Origin: Dehalococcoidia bacterium
GTDB lineage: Bacteria; Chloroflexota; Dehalococcoidia; Lucifugimonadales; UBA1123
DNA: 64,000 nt
Reading direction: 5' to 3'
Assembly: GCA_034420555.1 (NCBI GenBank)
Contig: DAOULF010000060.1
Span: 58 to 64,057 of the forward strand
Below are positions 53,717-61,794 of this stretch, in pieces. The stretch's first letter is position 1; each line of letters opens with the position of its first letter. The position numbers and the translations under genes were made by a program. The notes below the pieces were generated by a model. It was not told the DNA's origin. It saw nothing but the letters and a program-made list of their open reading frames with translations, and ran no database searches.

Positions 53717-54427
53717 TTATCGCCACCTGCGCGTTTCCAGAGATCGAATTGTCAGGAAGATGAAGACCGCAGCCAGAGAGAGGAAGAAGACCACGCTCGA
53801 GGTATCAATCACGCCCCGGCTGAAGTCCTGTATGTGCTGGTTCATTGACATGCCGTCCAGTATGGACGAAGCCAGTCCTGTTACTATTCCCCCTATGAGA
53901 TGCACGTATGAGAGCATGAGGAGGATAGCTATCCCAACGACTGCGGATACTATCTGGTTGCTCGAAATGGACGAACCAAGCATACCTATGCCGAGAGCGG
54001 CGGCCCCATACAGGATCAGTCCCAGGTAGCCGCTCAGGATCGGCCCCGTGTCCGGCTCGCCGAACACATAGAGGAGGAGCACGTAGTAAAGAGTGACGCC
54101 GACGATTGCCAGCAGTATGAGAAGGCTGGCGATGTACTTTCCGAGAACCACTTCCCAGTCTCTGACGGGAGAGGTCAGCAGGAGCTCGAGAGTGCCCAGC
54201 TTCTGTTCCTCGGCAAGAAGTCTCATCGTGAGAAGCGGAGCGAGGAATATGATGAAGAAGCTGGCCCAGTCAACTATCCCCCGGACACTGGCTTCGGCGA
54301 AAGGAGCGGTGATGTCGAATACGAAGAATACGCCTGTAAGGGCCAGGAACATCGCGCCCACTATATAGGCCGCGGGCGTCGCGAAATACAGCTTGCTCTC
54401 TTTCAGGGCTATGTGAAATGTGTTCAC
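53717..54427 (-). CDS. ABC-2-type transporter permease (GldF-like)
   Basis: GTG 54427 overlaps the ATPase stop (GTGA). It has about 6 TM segments. The N-terminus is VNTFHIALKESKLYFATPAAYIVGAMF. Confidence 0.75.
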   Translation of the reverse strand: MNTFHIALKESKLYFATPAAYIVGAMFLALTGVFFVFDITAPFAEASVRGIVDWASFFIIFLAPLLTMRLLAEEQKLGTLELLLTSPVRDWEVVLGKYIASLLILLAIVGVTLYYVLLLYVFGEPDTGPILSGYLGLILYGAAALGIGMLGSSISSNQIVSAVVGIAILLMLSYVHLIGGIVTGLASSILDGMSMNQHIQDFSRGVIDTSSVVFFLSLAAVFIFLTIRSLETRRWR

Positions 54428-55365
54428 TCTTCGTCCTCGGTGGTAAGTTTGAGGAAAATCTCTTCGAGGGACATAGTGACGGCCTCCAGCCTGTGAAGCT
54501 CCCACCCACTCTCGACCACTTTCTGGGCGAGCGCCGCCCTGATCTCCATGCCGGATTCGGATTCGACCCGGTACTGCGGAATTACTCCGCGCTCTATGTT
54601 GATGCGGCGGACCTCTTCCACGCCCTCCACGCTCTCGAGCGCGGCAATCACTTCCTGCTGCGCTCCCTTGATCTGCAAGTCCACGCGCTCCCTTCCGAGG
54701 AGGCGCTTTGCGAGGTTCTCCGGGTCGTCGGTTGCGACTATCTCGCCTTCGTTTATGACGATCACGCGCTCGCAGAGCTGGCTGACTTCGGGGAGGATGT
54801 GCGTGCTGACTATCAGGGTGTGGTCTCCGCCCAGGTCCTTTATGAGCTGGCGGGTTTCGACCACCTGAATCGGGTCAATGCCGATAGTCGGCTCATCCAG
54901 CACCAGCACGTCCGGCTCGTGGAGAATCGCCTGGGCTATTCCGAGCCTCTGTCTGAATCCCTTGGAGAGCTTGCCGATGATGGAGCCATAGTAGTCTTCG
55001 AGGTGGCATATCTCGATCACGTCGTCAATGCGGGCGCGGACCCTGTCCGACGTCATGCCGCGCAGCCTGCCCATGTAGTCCAGGTATTCGCGGACGGTCA
55101 TCTCCGTGTAGAGAGGAACGGTCTCAGGCAAGTACCCGATATGTTTTCTCGCCTCTAGCGATTCGTTCACTATGTCGTAGCCCGCGATGGACGCCGAGCC
55201 GCTCGTGGGCGGCAGGAATCCCGTTATTATCTTCATCGTCGTGGACTTCCCGGCGCCGTTCGGTCCGAGGAAGCCGACAACCTCACCCTGTTCGACTCGG
55301 AAATTGATGTCGGTTATCGCGGGGAAGTTCCCAAAGTATTTGGTTACGTCGTTGACTTCTATCAT
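54424..55365 (-). CDS. ABC transporter ATP-binding protein (GldA-like)
   Basis: 313 aa with Walker A (GPNGAGKST), signature (LSKGFRQRLGIA) and Walker B (VLVLDEP). Confidence 0.9.
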   Translation of the reverse strand: MIEVNDVTKYFGNFPAITDINFRVEQGEVVGFLGPNGAGKSTTMKIITGFLPPTSGSASIAGYDIVNESLEARKHIGYLPETVPLYTEMTVREYLDYMGRLRGMTSDRVRARIDDVIEICHLEDYYGSIIGKLSKGFRQRLGIAQAILHEPDVLVLDEPTIGIDPIQVVETRQLIKDLGGDHTLIVSTHILPEVSQLCERVIVINEGEIVATDDPENLAKRLLGRERVDLQIKGAQQEVIAALESVEGVEEVRRINIERGVIPQYRVESESGMEIRAALAQKVVESGWELHRLEAVTMSLEEIFLKLTTEDEE

Positions 55366-55643
55366 GGCGTTACGACGTCCTGTTCAGAAATTTCAAGTCC
55401 AAAAATTGGATTCGATAGCGATTACGAACAAGAGGCCCCGTCAGATTCAATGAGGCATCGAACGAAATCCTACGGATTCTAATTGATGCTGTTTCAGCTA
55501 ATCAAGGCCAGCATCGGAGCTTCAGGCGTGTTGTCCTGACTTTGACAGTAGTGATAAGCTAAGTTTCCACTTGGGCGGTCAGTTCCGTTTCTAGGAAGGA
55601 CTGATCGCCGGCCCGCCGGATGTATTTCGCGGAGAGTATATAG

Positions 55644-56069
55644 TTGCACTTGGTAATTGACGGCTACGGAGGAGACTACGAATCTCTGGGAAACGTCGAG
55701 ATCGTCCACGACTTTCTCAGGGACTACCCCGACAAGATTGGTATGACCAAGGTAGCGCCTCCCCAGGTATATACGTATCGAGGTCAGAAACCCGGGGACT
55801 GGGGACTGTCGGGATTCGTTCTGATCGCCGAAAGTCATATCACCGTCCACACATTTCCCGAGCGCGGCTATGTGAATATAGACATCTTCTCCTGCAAGGA
55901 GTTCGACGCGGAGGCGTCGCTTCATGTCGTCAAGCGGCTGTTCGGACTGGTCGAAATGAAGACCTGCGTGCTCGAAAGGGGACTGGAGTATATCGGCGAC
56001 AGGGAGACATACTCCGGCATGGTGCGCGAACGTATCGGTCTGCGCGGCACAGCGATAGGCGCCGAGTAA
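55644..56069 (+). CDS. speH: S-adenosylmethionine decarboxylase proenzyme (small, class 1 type)
   Basis: 141 aa. The self-processing and active-site region is LIAESHITVHTFPERGYVNIDIFSC. The start is TTG in the track. Confidence 0.8.
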   Translation: MHLVIDGYGGDYESLGNVEIVHDFLRDYPDKIGMTKVAPPQVYTYRGQKPGDWGLSGFVLIAESHITVHTFPERGYVNIDIFSCKEFDAEASLHVVKRLFGLVEMKTCVLERGLEYIGDRETYSGMVRERIGLRGTAIGAE

Positions 56070-56076
56070 AGAAGCC

Positions 56077-56958
56077 GTGCTGCGAACCGGATACAACTGG
56101 CAGACCTTTCTGGATACCCCGCCGGAAGAACACGTTTACGAAGACTCGCGGTTTGTCGTCGTCCCTGTTCCATACGACAGCACCACGTCTTTCAGGTCGG
56201 GTTCCAGGTATGCTCCGGCGGCCATAATTGACGCCTCCCGGCATCTCGAAGACTTCGACGTCGAAACGGGGCTAGACGCCTCTCAGTGGGGCATATACAC
56301 ACTGGATGAGTTGTCTCCCGATATGTCGGGGCCCAAGCGGGTCGTAGGGCAGGTCAGCGCATTGATCGAAGGGGTCCTGGACGACGATAAGATGCCCGCG
56401 CTGCTGGGCGGGGAGCACACGATTACGGTCGGGGCCGTTCGCGCCTGCGCCGACCGTTTTGAAGACCTGAGCGTTCTGTACCTGGACGCCCACGCCGATC
56501 TCAGGGATTCGTACATGGGAACGCGATGGGGGCACGCTTCCGTCGCGATGAGAGTTTCTGAGCTATGTCCCATGGTCCAGGTGGGCGTGCGCTCGATAAG
56601 CTCGGAAGAGTACGACTTCGCGGTTTCCCGCGAGATTCCGATCTTCTACTGGCCCCCCGGCAAGGATGGCGAAGTGCTGAACGCCGATGTATGCCGGCGT
56701 CTGTCGTCTAACGTGTATATCTCTATTGACCTGGACGTCGCTGATCCTTCCATCATGCCCGCTGTCGGAACGCCGGAGCCCGGCGGGATGACATGGTGGG
56801 AATTGACCAGCCTGCTCAAAGAGGTGGCGGCCAGGAAGAACGTCGTCGGCTTCGACATAGTAGAGTTGAGTCCCGAAGAGGGGCCTGTGGCCTGCTCTTC
56901 GACAGCGGCCAGGCTTGCGTATAAGATTATGGGATACGTCGCAGCCGGATGGAAGTGA
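56077..56958 (+). CDS. speB: Agmatinase (ureohydrolase family)
   Basis: 293 aa with Mn-ligand motifs (LLGGEHTIT, YLDAHADL, SIDLDVADPS). Confidence 0.85.
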   Translation: MLRTGYNWQTFLDTPPEEHVYEDSRFVVVPVPYDSTTSFRSGSRYAPAAIIDASRHLEDFDVETGLDASQWGIYTLDELSPDMSGPKRVVGQVSALIEGVLDDDKMPALLGGEHTITVGAVRACADRFEDLSVLYLDAHADLRDSYMGTRWGHASVAMRVSELCPMVQVGVRSISSEEYDFAVSREIPIFYWPPGKDGEVLNADVCRRLSSNVYISIDLDVADPSIMPAVGTPEPGGMTWWELTSLLKEVAARKNVVGFDIVELSPEEGPVACSSTAARLAYKIMGYVAAGWK

Positions 56959-57026
56959 GCGCGTGCTACAATTGTTCATGCTGACTAGGCTGTGTTGATA
57001 TTTCTCGTCATTTGTATGTTGAAAAT

Positions 57027-57087
57027 CCCCTCTCCCTCTGGGAGAGGGCTAGAGTCTGCCCCGTACAGCGATACGGGGGTGAGGGCA
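57027..57087 (-). repeat. REP-like hairpin element (CCCTCTCCC/GGGAGAGGG type, inverted orientation)
   Basis: cccctctccctctgggagagggctagagtctgccccgtacagcgatacgggggtgagggc, ending 20 nt before the desulfurase ATG. Confidence 0.65.
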
Positions 57088-57107
57088 AACTGGAACAGGT
57101 CAACCCC

Positions 57108-58298
57108 ATGGCTTTGAGCGACAGCGTAATCTATATGGACAACGCGGCGACCACACCCGTAAGGCCGGAGGTGGTCCGCGCGATGCTGCCGTACTTCACG
57201 GAATACTTCGGCAACGCCTCCAGCATATACGAGCTCGCGCAGCAGAGCAGGGGAGTCCTGGACGATTCCAGGCGCGCGGTGGCAAAGTCGCTCGGCTGCC
57301 GCTCCAGCGAGATAGTATTCACATCCGGCGGAACGGAGTCGGACAACGCCGCCCTCAAGGGCGTCGCCTTCGCTCTCAGGAATGTGGGCAACCACATCAT
57401 CACTAGCGCCATCGAGCACCATGCGGTCCTGCACACGTGCCACCAGCTTGAGCAATTCGGCTTCGACGTTACCTATCTTTCCGTGGATGAAGACGGCCTG
57501 GTCAACCCCGGCGATGTGGCCGCCGCTGTTACGGATCGAACTATACTGGCCAGCGTCATGCTTGCGAACAACGAGATAGGCACCATCCAGCCGCTGTCCG
57601 AGATAGCGGCCGCGCTCCAGCGCGAAGCCCAGCGCTTTGGCAGAAAGATGTACTTGCACACCGACGCGGTCCAGGCGGTAGGTGCGATAGAAGTCAACGT
57701 CCGCAAACTGGGGGTGGACCTGCTCAGCCTCTCCGCGCACAAGTTTGGGGGTCCCAAAGGCGCGGGCGCGCTGTACATCAAGCGCGGAACGCCCTTCGAG
57801 CCGCTCATCATGGGCGGAGGCCAGGAGCGGGACAGGCGCTCAGGCACCGAAAACCTGCCGGGCGTGGTGGGACTGGCCGAAGCGATGCGGCTGGCTGAAG
57901 CCGAACGCGATGAGGTGACTCCGCGCATAATGAGGCTGAGGGACCGTATTATTCACGGGATCCTGGAGCGAATGGACGGCGTTCGGCTGAACGGCCATCC
58001 CACCCGGAGGCTGCCCAACAATGTCAATGTGTCGTTCGAAAACGTGGAAGGCGAGCCCATTCTGCTCGGACTCGACTTTGCTGGAATCTGCGCATCGAGC
58101 GGTTCCGCCTGTTCCGCCGCTTCACTTGAGCCTTCCCATGTTCTCACGGCGATTGGCCTCTCCGCGGATCTGGCGCAGGGCAGCCTGCGTATTACCGTTG
58201 GGAAAGATAATACGGACGAAGATGTGGAATATCTGCTGGATACGCTGACTGACTTGGTAACCAGGCTGCGGGCGATGCCCTCATTGTCCGGCGTATAG
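57108..58298 (+). CDS. Cysteine desulfurase (NifS/IscS class V aminotransferase)
   Basis: From ATG 57108: [30 protein letters not shown] (PLP Lys) and SSGSACSA (catalytic Cys loop). Confidence 0.9.
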   Translation: MALSDSVIYMDNAATTPVRPEVVRAMLPYFTEYFGNASSIYELAQQSRGVLDDSRRAVAKSLGCRSSEIVFTSGGTESDNAALKGVAFALRNVGNHIITSAIEHHAVLHTCHQLEQFGFDVTYLSVDEDGLVNPGDVAAAVTDRTILASVMLANNEIGTIQPLSEIAAALQREAQRFGRKMYLHTDAVQAVGAIEVNVRKLGVDLLSLSAHKFGGPKGAGALYIKRGTPFEPLIMGGGQERDRRSGTENLPGVVGLAEAMRLAEAERDEVTPRIMRLRDRIIHGILERMDGVRLNGHPTRRLPNNVNVSFENVEGEPILLGLDFAGICASSGSACSAASLEPSHVLTAIGLSADLAQGSLRITVGKDNTDEDVEYLLDTLTDLVTRLRAMPSLSGV

Positions 58299-58494
58299 AT
58301 CATAGATATTGCTATGATTATGATGGGACATTGGGCCGCTCTCTATTGCGCTACCAGGGTCGGTCTCTGCAATAATCTCCAAGCGTAAACGGATACAATA
58401 AATCAATTCGAGACGCTAGATGCTAATGCAATTTGACGCTTCAAAGAAAATCGGACGGATAACGCAGTACAAGCGGGGAGCATTCCCGCTTGGC

Positions 58495-59058
58495 ATGGCC
58501 AGGAAGAGATGGGTGGCCGCGCTCATGGCGCTCATGGCCCTGGTAATTCTAGGATGCTCGAGCGACCCCGATGTCGTCGGAGTTCGCGGACGAAGTATCG
58601 AGATACACGCCAAGAGGCCGGTCGTAGCCGAGAAACTCTCTTACGAGGCTCCGGGAGACCAGTATTACGTCTTCAGGCCCAAGGCATCCAACCGCCAGAT
58701 GGCCGCGGTCTGCGTCACTGTGGTGAACCGCACCAGCACCGTAATGCCGCTGGAAGTAAACCCGGAGGCCGCGAGGCTCGGAAACCGCAGGGGCGAGAGA
58801 ATCTCGGCCTCCGACCCGTTCGAGCGTTCCTCTATCGTGGACGCGACGGACGAGGCTTCGATTCTCAGGGATCCAGGAGATAATGAAGACCTGAGCAGAT
58901 GTACCCAGCTGCTCTGGGGCCAGATTCAGCTTGACCGGGATTTCCAGGTTTCGGGCTGGATGCTGTTCGACGTGCCCAAGGGTCTGACGCTCGGCACGTT
59001 CTGGTGGGACGAAGTGGACGAGGTGGTCCTGGACTACGTGGAATACCGCAGACGCTGA
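58495..59058 (+). CDS. Lipoprotein, DUF4352-like
   Basis: It has a lipobox (MALVILGC-SS) after ATG 58495 and a beta-rich body (VTVVNRTSTVMPLEV...VSGWMLFDVPKG). The family call is weak. Confidence 0.5.
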   Translation: MARKRWVAALMALMALVILGCSSDPDVVGVRGRSIEIHAKRPVVAEKLSYEAPGDQYYVFRPKASNRQMAAVCVTVVNRTSTVMPLEVNPEAARLGNRRGERISASDPFERSSIVDATDEASILRDPGDNEDLSRCTQLLWGQIQLDRDFQVSGWMLFDVPKGLTLGTFWWDEVDEVVLDYVEYRRR

Positions 59059-59072
59059 GACCCGCGTGATAC

Positions 59073-59182
59073 TATACCAATTTAGTCGGCGCTGCCAGTG
59101 GCGAGAAAATTCCCTTCCCCCTTGATGGGGGAAGGTTAGGATAGGGGTGACTCCCCTACCGACCAAGCTGATACAGGTTCGA
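59073..59182 (-). repeat. 110-bp REP/MITE-like element, long form, copy 2 (inverted partner of 1391-1500)
   Basis: tataccaatttagtcggcgctgccagtggcgagaaaattcccttcccccttgatgggggaaggttaggataggggtgactcccctaccgaccaagctgatacaggttcga is the reverse complement of copy 1, with about 3 mismatches. Confidence 0.8.
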
Positions 59183-59264
59183 CCCGCGTCTCGAACCTGA
59201 CATTAGTGCGCCGCATCTAATATAATGAAGTTAAACCCAAACCCTAATCAGATTGGAGCGAAAC

Positions 59265-59594
59265 ATGGCCAATACGGTTGAAATCACGGATGCGACATTC
59301 CAGGATGAAGTGGTCAACTCCGATGTCCCCGTCGTCATTGACTTCTGGGCGGAGTGGTGCGGCCCCTGCAAGATGATCGCGCCCATAGTCGAGGAACTCG
59401 CGGGCGAGTACGAAGGCAAGGTCAAGTTCGCCAAGATGGACGTTGACTCCAACCCGAGCACTCCAATGCAGTTCGGTATCCGGGGAATCCCCACTCTGCT
59501 GATATTCAACGGCGGAGAGAACCCCGTTGACCAGGTGGTCGGCGCGGTTCCCAAGTCCATGCTCAAGAAGAGGGTGGACGAAGCCATAGCCTAG
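59265..59594 (+). CDS. trxA: Thioredoxin
   Basis: From ATG 59265: VEITDATFQDEVVNSDVPVVIDFWAEWCGPCKMIAPIVEELAGEY...GIRGIPTLLIF. Confidence 0.9.
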   Translation: MANTVEITDATFQDEVVNSDVPVVIDFWAEWCGPCKMIAPIVEELAGEYEGKVKFAKMDVDSNPSTPMQFGIRGIPTLLIFNGGENPVDQVVGAVPKSMLKKRVDEAIA

Positions 59595-59626
59595 GGGATA
59601 CTCTCCGGAGTGAAACCCAAACAAAC

Positions 59627-59703
59627 TCCCTCTCCCTCAAGGGCCCACAAGGGTAGAAAAAAGGCCCCTCTCCCCTTGGGAGAGGGCTAGTTAGGGTGAG
59701 GGT
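59627..59703 (-). repeat. Composite REP-like element (two CCCTCTCCC-type hairpin halves)
   Basis: ctccctctccctcaagggcccacaagggtagaaaaaaggcccctctccccttgggagagggctagttagggtgaggg, ending 14 nt before tRNA-Sec. Confidence 0.65.
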
Positions 59704-59716
59704 AAATATCCCCCTT

Positions 59717-59815
59717 GGGAGCGGATAGGGCCTGGTGGCTCTCGCGGTCTTCAAAACCGTCCGGCGGCAACCCAGCGGTTGGCGCGGTGGGTTCGACTCC
59801 CTCTCGCTCCCGCCA
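59717..59815 (+). tRNA. selC: tRNA-Sec (anticodon UCA), CCA encoded
   Basis: 99 nt. It has an 8-bp acceptor stem (GGGAGCGG/TCGCTCCC), a 6-bp D-stem with a 4-nt loop (AGGGCC-TGGT-GGCTCT), anticodon loop CTTCAAA, a long variable arm (GGCAACC-CAGC-GGTTGGC), T-loop TTCGACT, discriminator G and CCA. This is the bacterial 8/5 tRNA-Sec architecture. Confidence 0.85.
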
Positions 59816-59831
59816 GGACATACACAAAGAA

Positions 59832-59864
59832 AGATGGGGCGAATTTTCGCCCCATCTTCTTTTT
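59832..59864. terminator. Bidirectional rho-independent terminator between tRNA-Sec and the convergent selenoprotein gene
   Basis: AGATGGGGCGAA-tt-TTCGCCCCATCT (12-bp perfect stem) is flanked by AAAGAAAG upstream and TCTTTTT downstream. Confidence 0.8.
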
Positions 59865-59911
59865 CAGGAGCGTCAGCCTCGCGGCGATAACGACCACCGC
59901 AACGGCGGGCG

Positions 59912-60454
59912 CTATCTCTGGGCGAGCAGAATGCTCAGCACATCCGGCGCGGCTTTCGTTGCCAGGTCTCTCAATTGCTCCATAGTCAGGCTGCCGAGCG
60001 GGTGGGGAACCACCACGTATGGATAGTCGGGAACGCCGCCCAGGTTCGCCATTGCGTCTGCGCTCGTGATGAACGGCTCAGTGCAAATCACCGCCGTGGG
60101 AACGCCGCGCCGCTCGAGGGTAAGTCCGTCGTGCACACTGCACGATGAGCAGGACCCTCAATCGCCCGACGAGGTGATCACCACGTCGCACTTGTCCACA
60201 ATCTCGTCAATTATGTCCTCCGGGCAGGGGCGGGACGCGTTCATCTTGTTGCGCTCCACCACGCCGCCGAAGTCATACCTGTCGGCCAGAACTTCGTGAA
60301 GGGCCATAAGCATCTCCACCGAGTTCATCTTGCCGTTCGCCAGCAGCCCGATGGTAACGCCGTCAAGCGTCTTCGGCCTGTCCGCGACAACTCCGTCTGC
60401 CGGCAGCGGAGCCACCGTAGGGTCCAGTACCGCTATTCCTGTCGAACCGTTCAT
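59912..60454 (-). CDS. UGSC-motif selenoprotein (in-frame UGA at 60160-60158)
   Basis: Tracked ORFs 60158-60454 and 59912-60136 are in the same frame and are joined by a single TGA: ...DKCDVVITSSGD-U-GSCSSCSVHDGLTLERRGVPTAVICTEPF.... The joined product is 180 aa. The U-G-S-C motif defines the 'UGSC family (seleno)protein'. Confidence 0.8.
60129..60145 (-). promoter_or_regulatory. Candidate bacterial SECIS hairpin for the UGSC gene
   Basis: On the mRNA, 12 nt after the UGA: UCGUGCA-GUG-UGCACGA. This is a 7-bp stem, or a 6-bp stem with loop AGUGU carrying the G/U expected in SECIS apical loops. Confidence 0.45.
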
Positions 60455-60559
60455 ACTTCACCTCTCTTCTGTTGATGCTGTAAGAAATAAGTCGGGCAAG
60501 CACCATCTTGTTCAGCTTGCGATCATCCTGTCTGTGATAAGGGTGAAGGCTCAGCAGTC

Positions 60560-61600
60560 CTATTCTATCAGCTTCGTTACGGATCTGGACCCCGTTCCGC
60601 CGCTCCATAGCGGAATTACGCAAGAGAATGCCCCTGCGTGTCCGCCCGCGACCATAACCGTGATCGCTTCAGGGGACACTACTGAGTGCAGATAGTCGTC
60701 CTCAGACCCCACCGAGTCGCGTATGAAGCGTCCCGCGGACCTCCATTCCGAGATCTTCCGACGCGCGGCCTCGTGGAGGAACTCTTTAACCCGCTCCTTC
60801 GACCAGCCCGCCCGTCTCAGGTGACCGATGTGCTCGGGACACAGGACGACGACGACCTCACCCTGGTTCAAGCCTACGCCTCCCGCGAACATCGCCTCCC
60901 GGAACGAAATCAGTATCTCTTCGGGCCTCTGAAATGCGTGGTTGTCAACCTGTATGCTGGACAGCCCCGCGAAGACTGAGACAGTGCTGTCCTCGGACGA
61001 GAATCCCCTGTCGGTCTGAAGCGGTTCCCAGGGAGACACGTCCTCATCCTCAGCGATGCACCAGGTGTACTTGCCGGGATGGCCCTGGGTCGCCTTGTCT
61101 ATCTCGCCCGACACCGACCCGGTGGCGTTTATGACGACCAGGCGTATGGCGCGTCCAATCGTGGCGTTCGCGCGGTGTCCCGGCCCGAAGACGCTTATGC
61201 CAGAATTCAGCCCGACTTCCCGCGCTATCGGCCCGTTCACGATCGCGAGGACCGCGGAACCCTGGGTGCTGGCCGTAACCGCGTGCAGGTTGAACTGCGG
61301 TTCGCACATAGCTTCCACGGCGGCAAGCACGATCCTGAAATACTCCGGTCTGCACCCCGCCATGACAGAATTGACGGCGACCTTCTCAGCCGTGATGACT
61401 CTGCCCTTGGTCGGCTCCGTGCCCAAAATGTCCGAAGGACTCCTGCCCGCCGCGTCCAGAAACTCGGCCACAAGCTCCGGCGTCGGCGGAATAATTGGCA
61501 GGCCGTCCGTCCAGCCCCTCTCTATATACTCCTCGACCACCTCGTTCCAGTCGTCGAACTGCATTTGATTCGAACTCAGTTGCGCGTTAGCCATGTTCAC
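60560..61600 (-). CDS. Conserved hypothetical protein (346 aa), upstream and co-directional with the UGSC selenoprotein gene
   Basis: Long ORF with native-like composition (WNEVVEEYIERGWTDGLPIIPPTPELVAEFL...VMAGCRPEYF...GPGHRANATIGRAIRLV). I do not recognise a family. Confidence 0.6.
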   Translation of the reverse strand: MNMANAQLSSNQMQFDDWNEVVEEYIERGWTDGLPIIPPTPELVAEFLDAAGRSPSDILGTEPTKGRVITAEKVAVNSVMAGCRPEYFRIVLAAVEAMCEPQFNLHAVTASTQGSAVLAIVNGPIAREVGLNSGISVFGPGHRANATIGRAIRLVVINATGSVSGEIDKATQGHPGKYTWCIAEDEDVSPWEPLQTDRGFSSEDSTVSVFAGLSSIQVDNHAFQRPEEILISFREAMFAGGVGLNQGEVVVVLCPEHIGHLRRAGWSKERVKEFLHEAARRKISEWRSAGRFIRDSVGSEDDYLHSVVSPEAITVMVAGGHAGAFSCVIPLWSGGTGSRSVTKLIE

Positions 61601-61617
61601 CTTTCCAGTAGATAATT

Positions 61618-61657
61618 TCCCTCTCCCTCGATGGAAGAGGGCCAGGGTGATGGTGAC
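61618..61657 (-). repeat. REP-like hairpin element (CCCTCTCCC type, inverted orientation)
   Basis: ttccctctccctcgatggaagagggccagggtgatggtga. Confidence 0.65.
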
Positions 61658-61794
61658 TTGGGAATGGCACGATTATATGAACAGGGGTGTGTTTGGTCAA
61701 CTGCTGATGATCTGAAAACGAACATTCGTATCCTGTGTTAGAATGCCCCGCAACAAGGTAAGCGAGTCAAGAATGGGTAATTAGGAGGCGTACG

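Noticed and set aside
59058-59200. GACCCGCGT on both sides of the 110-bp element as a target-site duplication, and the hairpin CAGGTTCGA-n8-TCGAACCTG as a terminator
   Set aside because: The left copy of the 9-mer is 7-8 nt away from the element boundary inferred from comparison with copy 1, so it is not a clean TSD. The hairpin lacks a downstream U-tract. It is noted but not claimed.
18371-61657. Possibility that the recurring hairpin repeats form a CRISPR array
   Set aside because: The copies are dispersed singly or in pairs over tens of kb in both orientations. There is no regular repeat-spacer periodicity and no cas genes.
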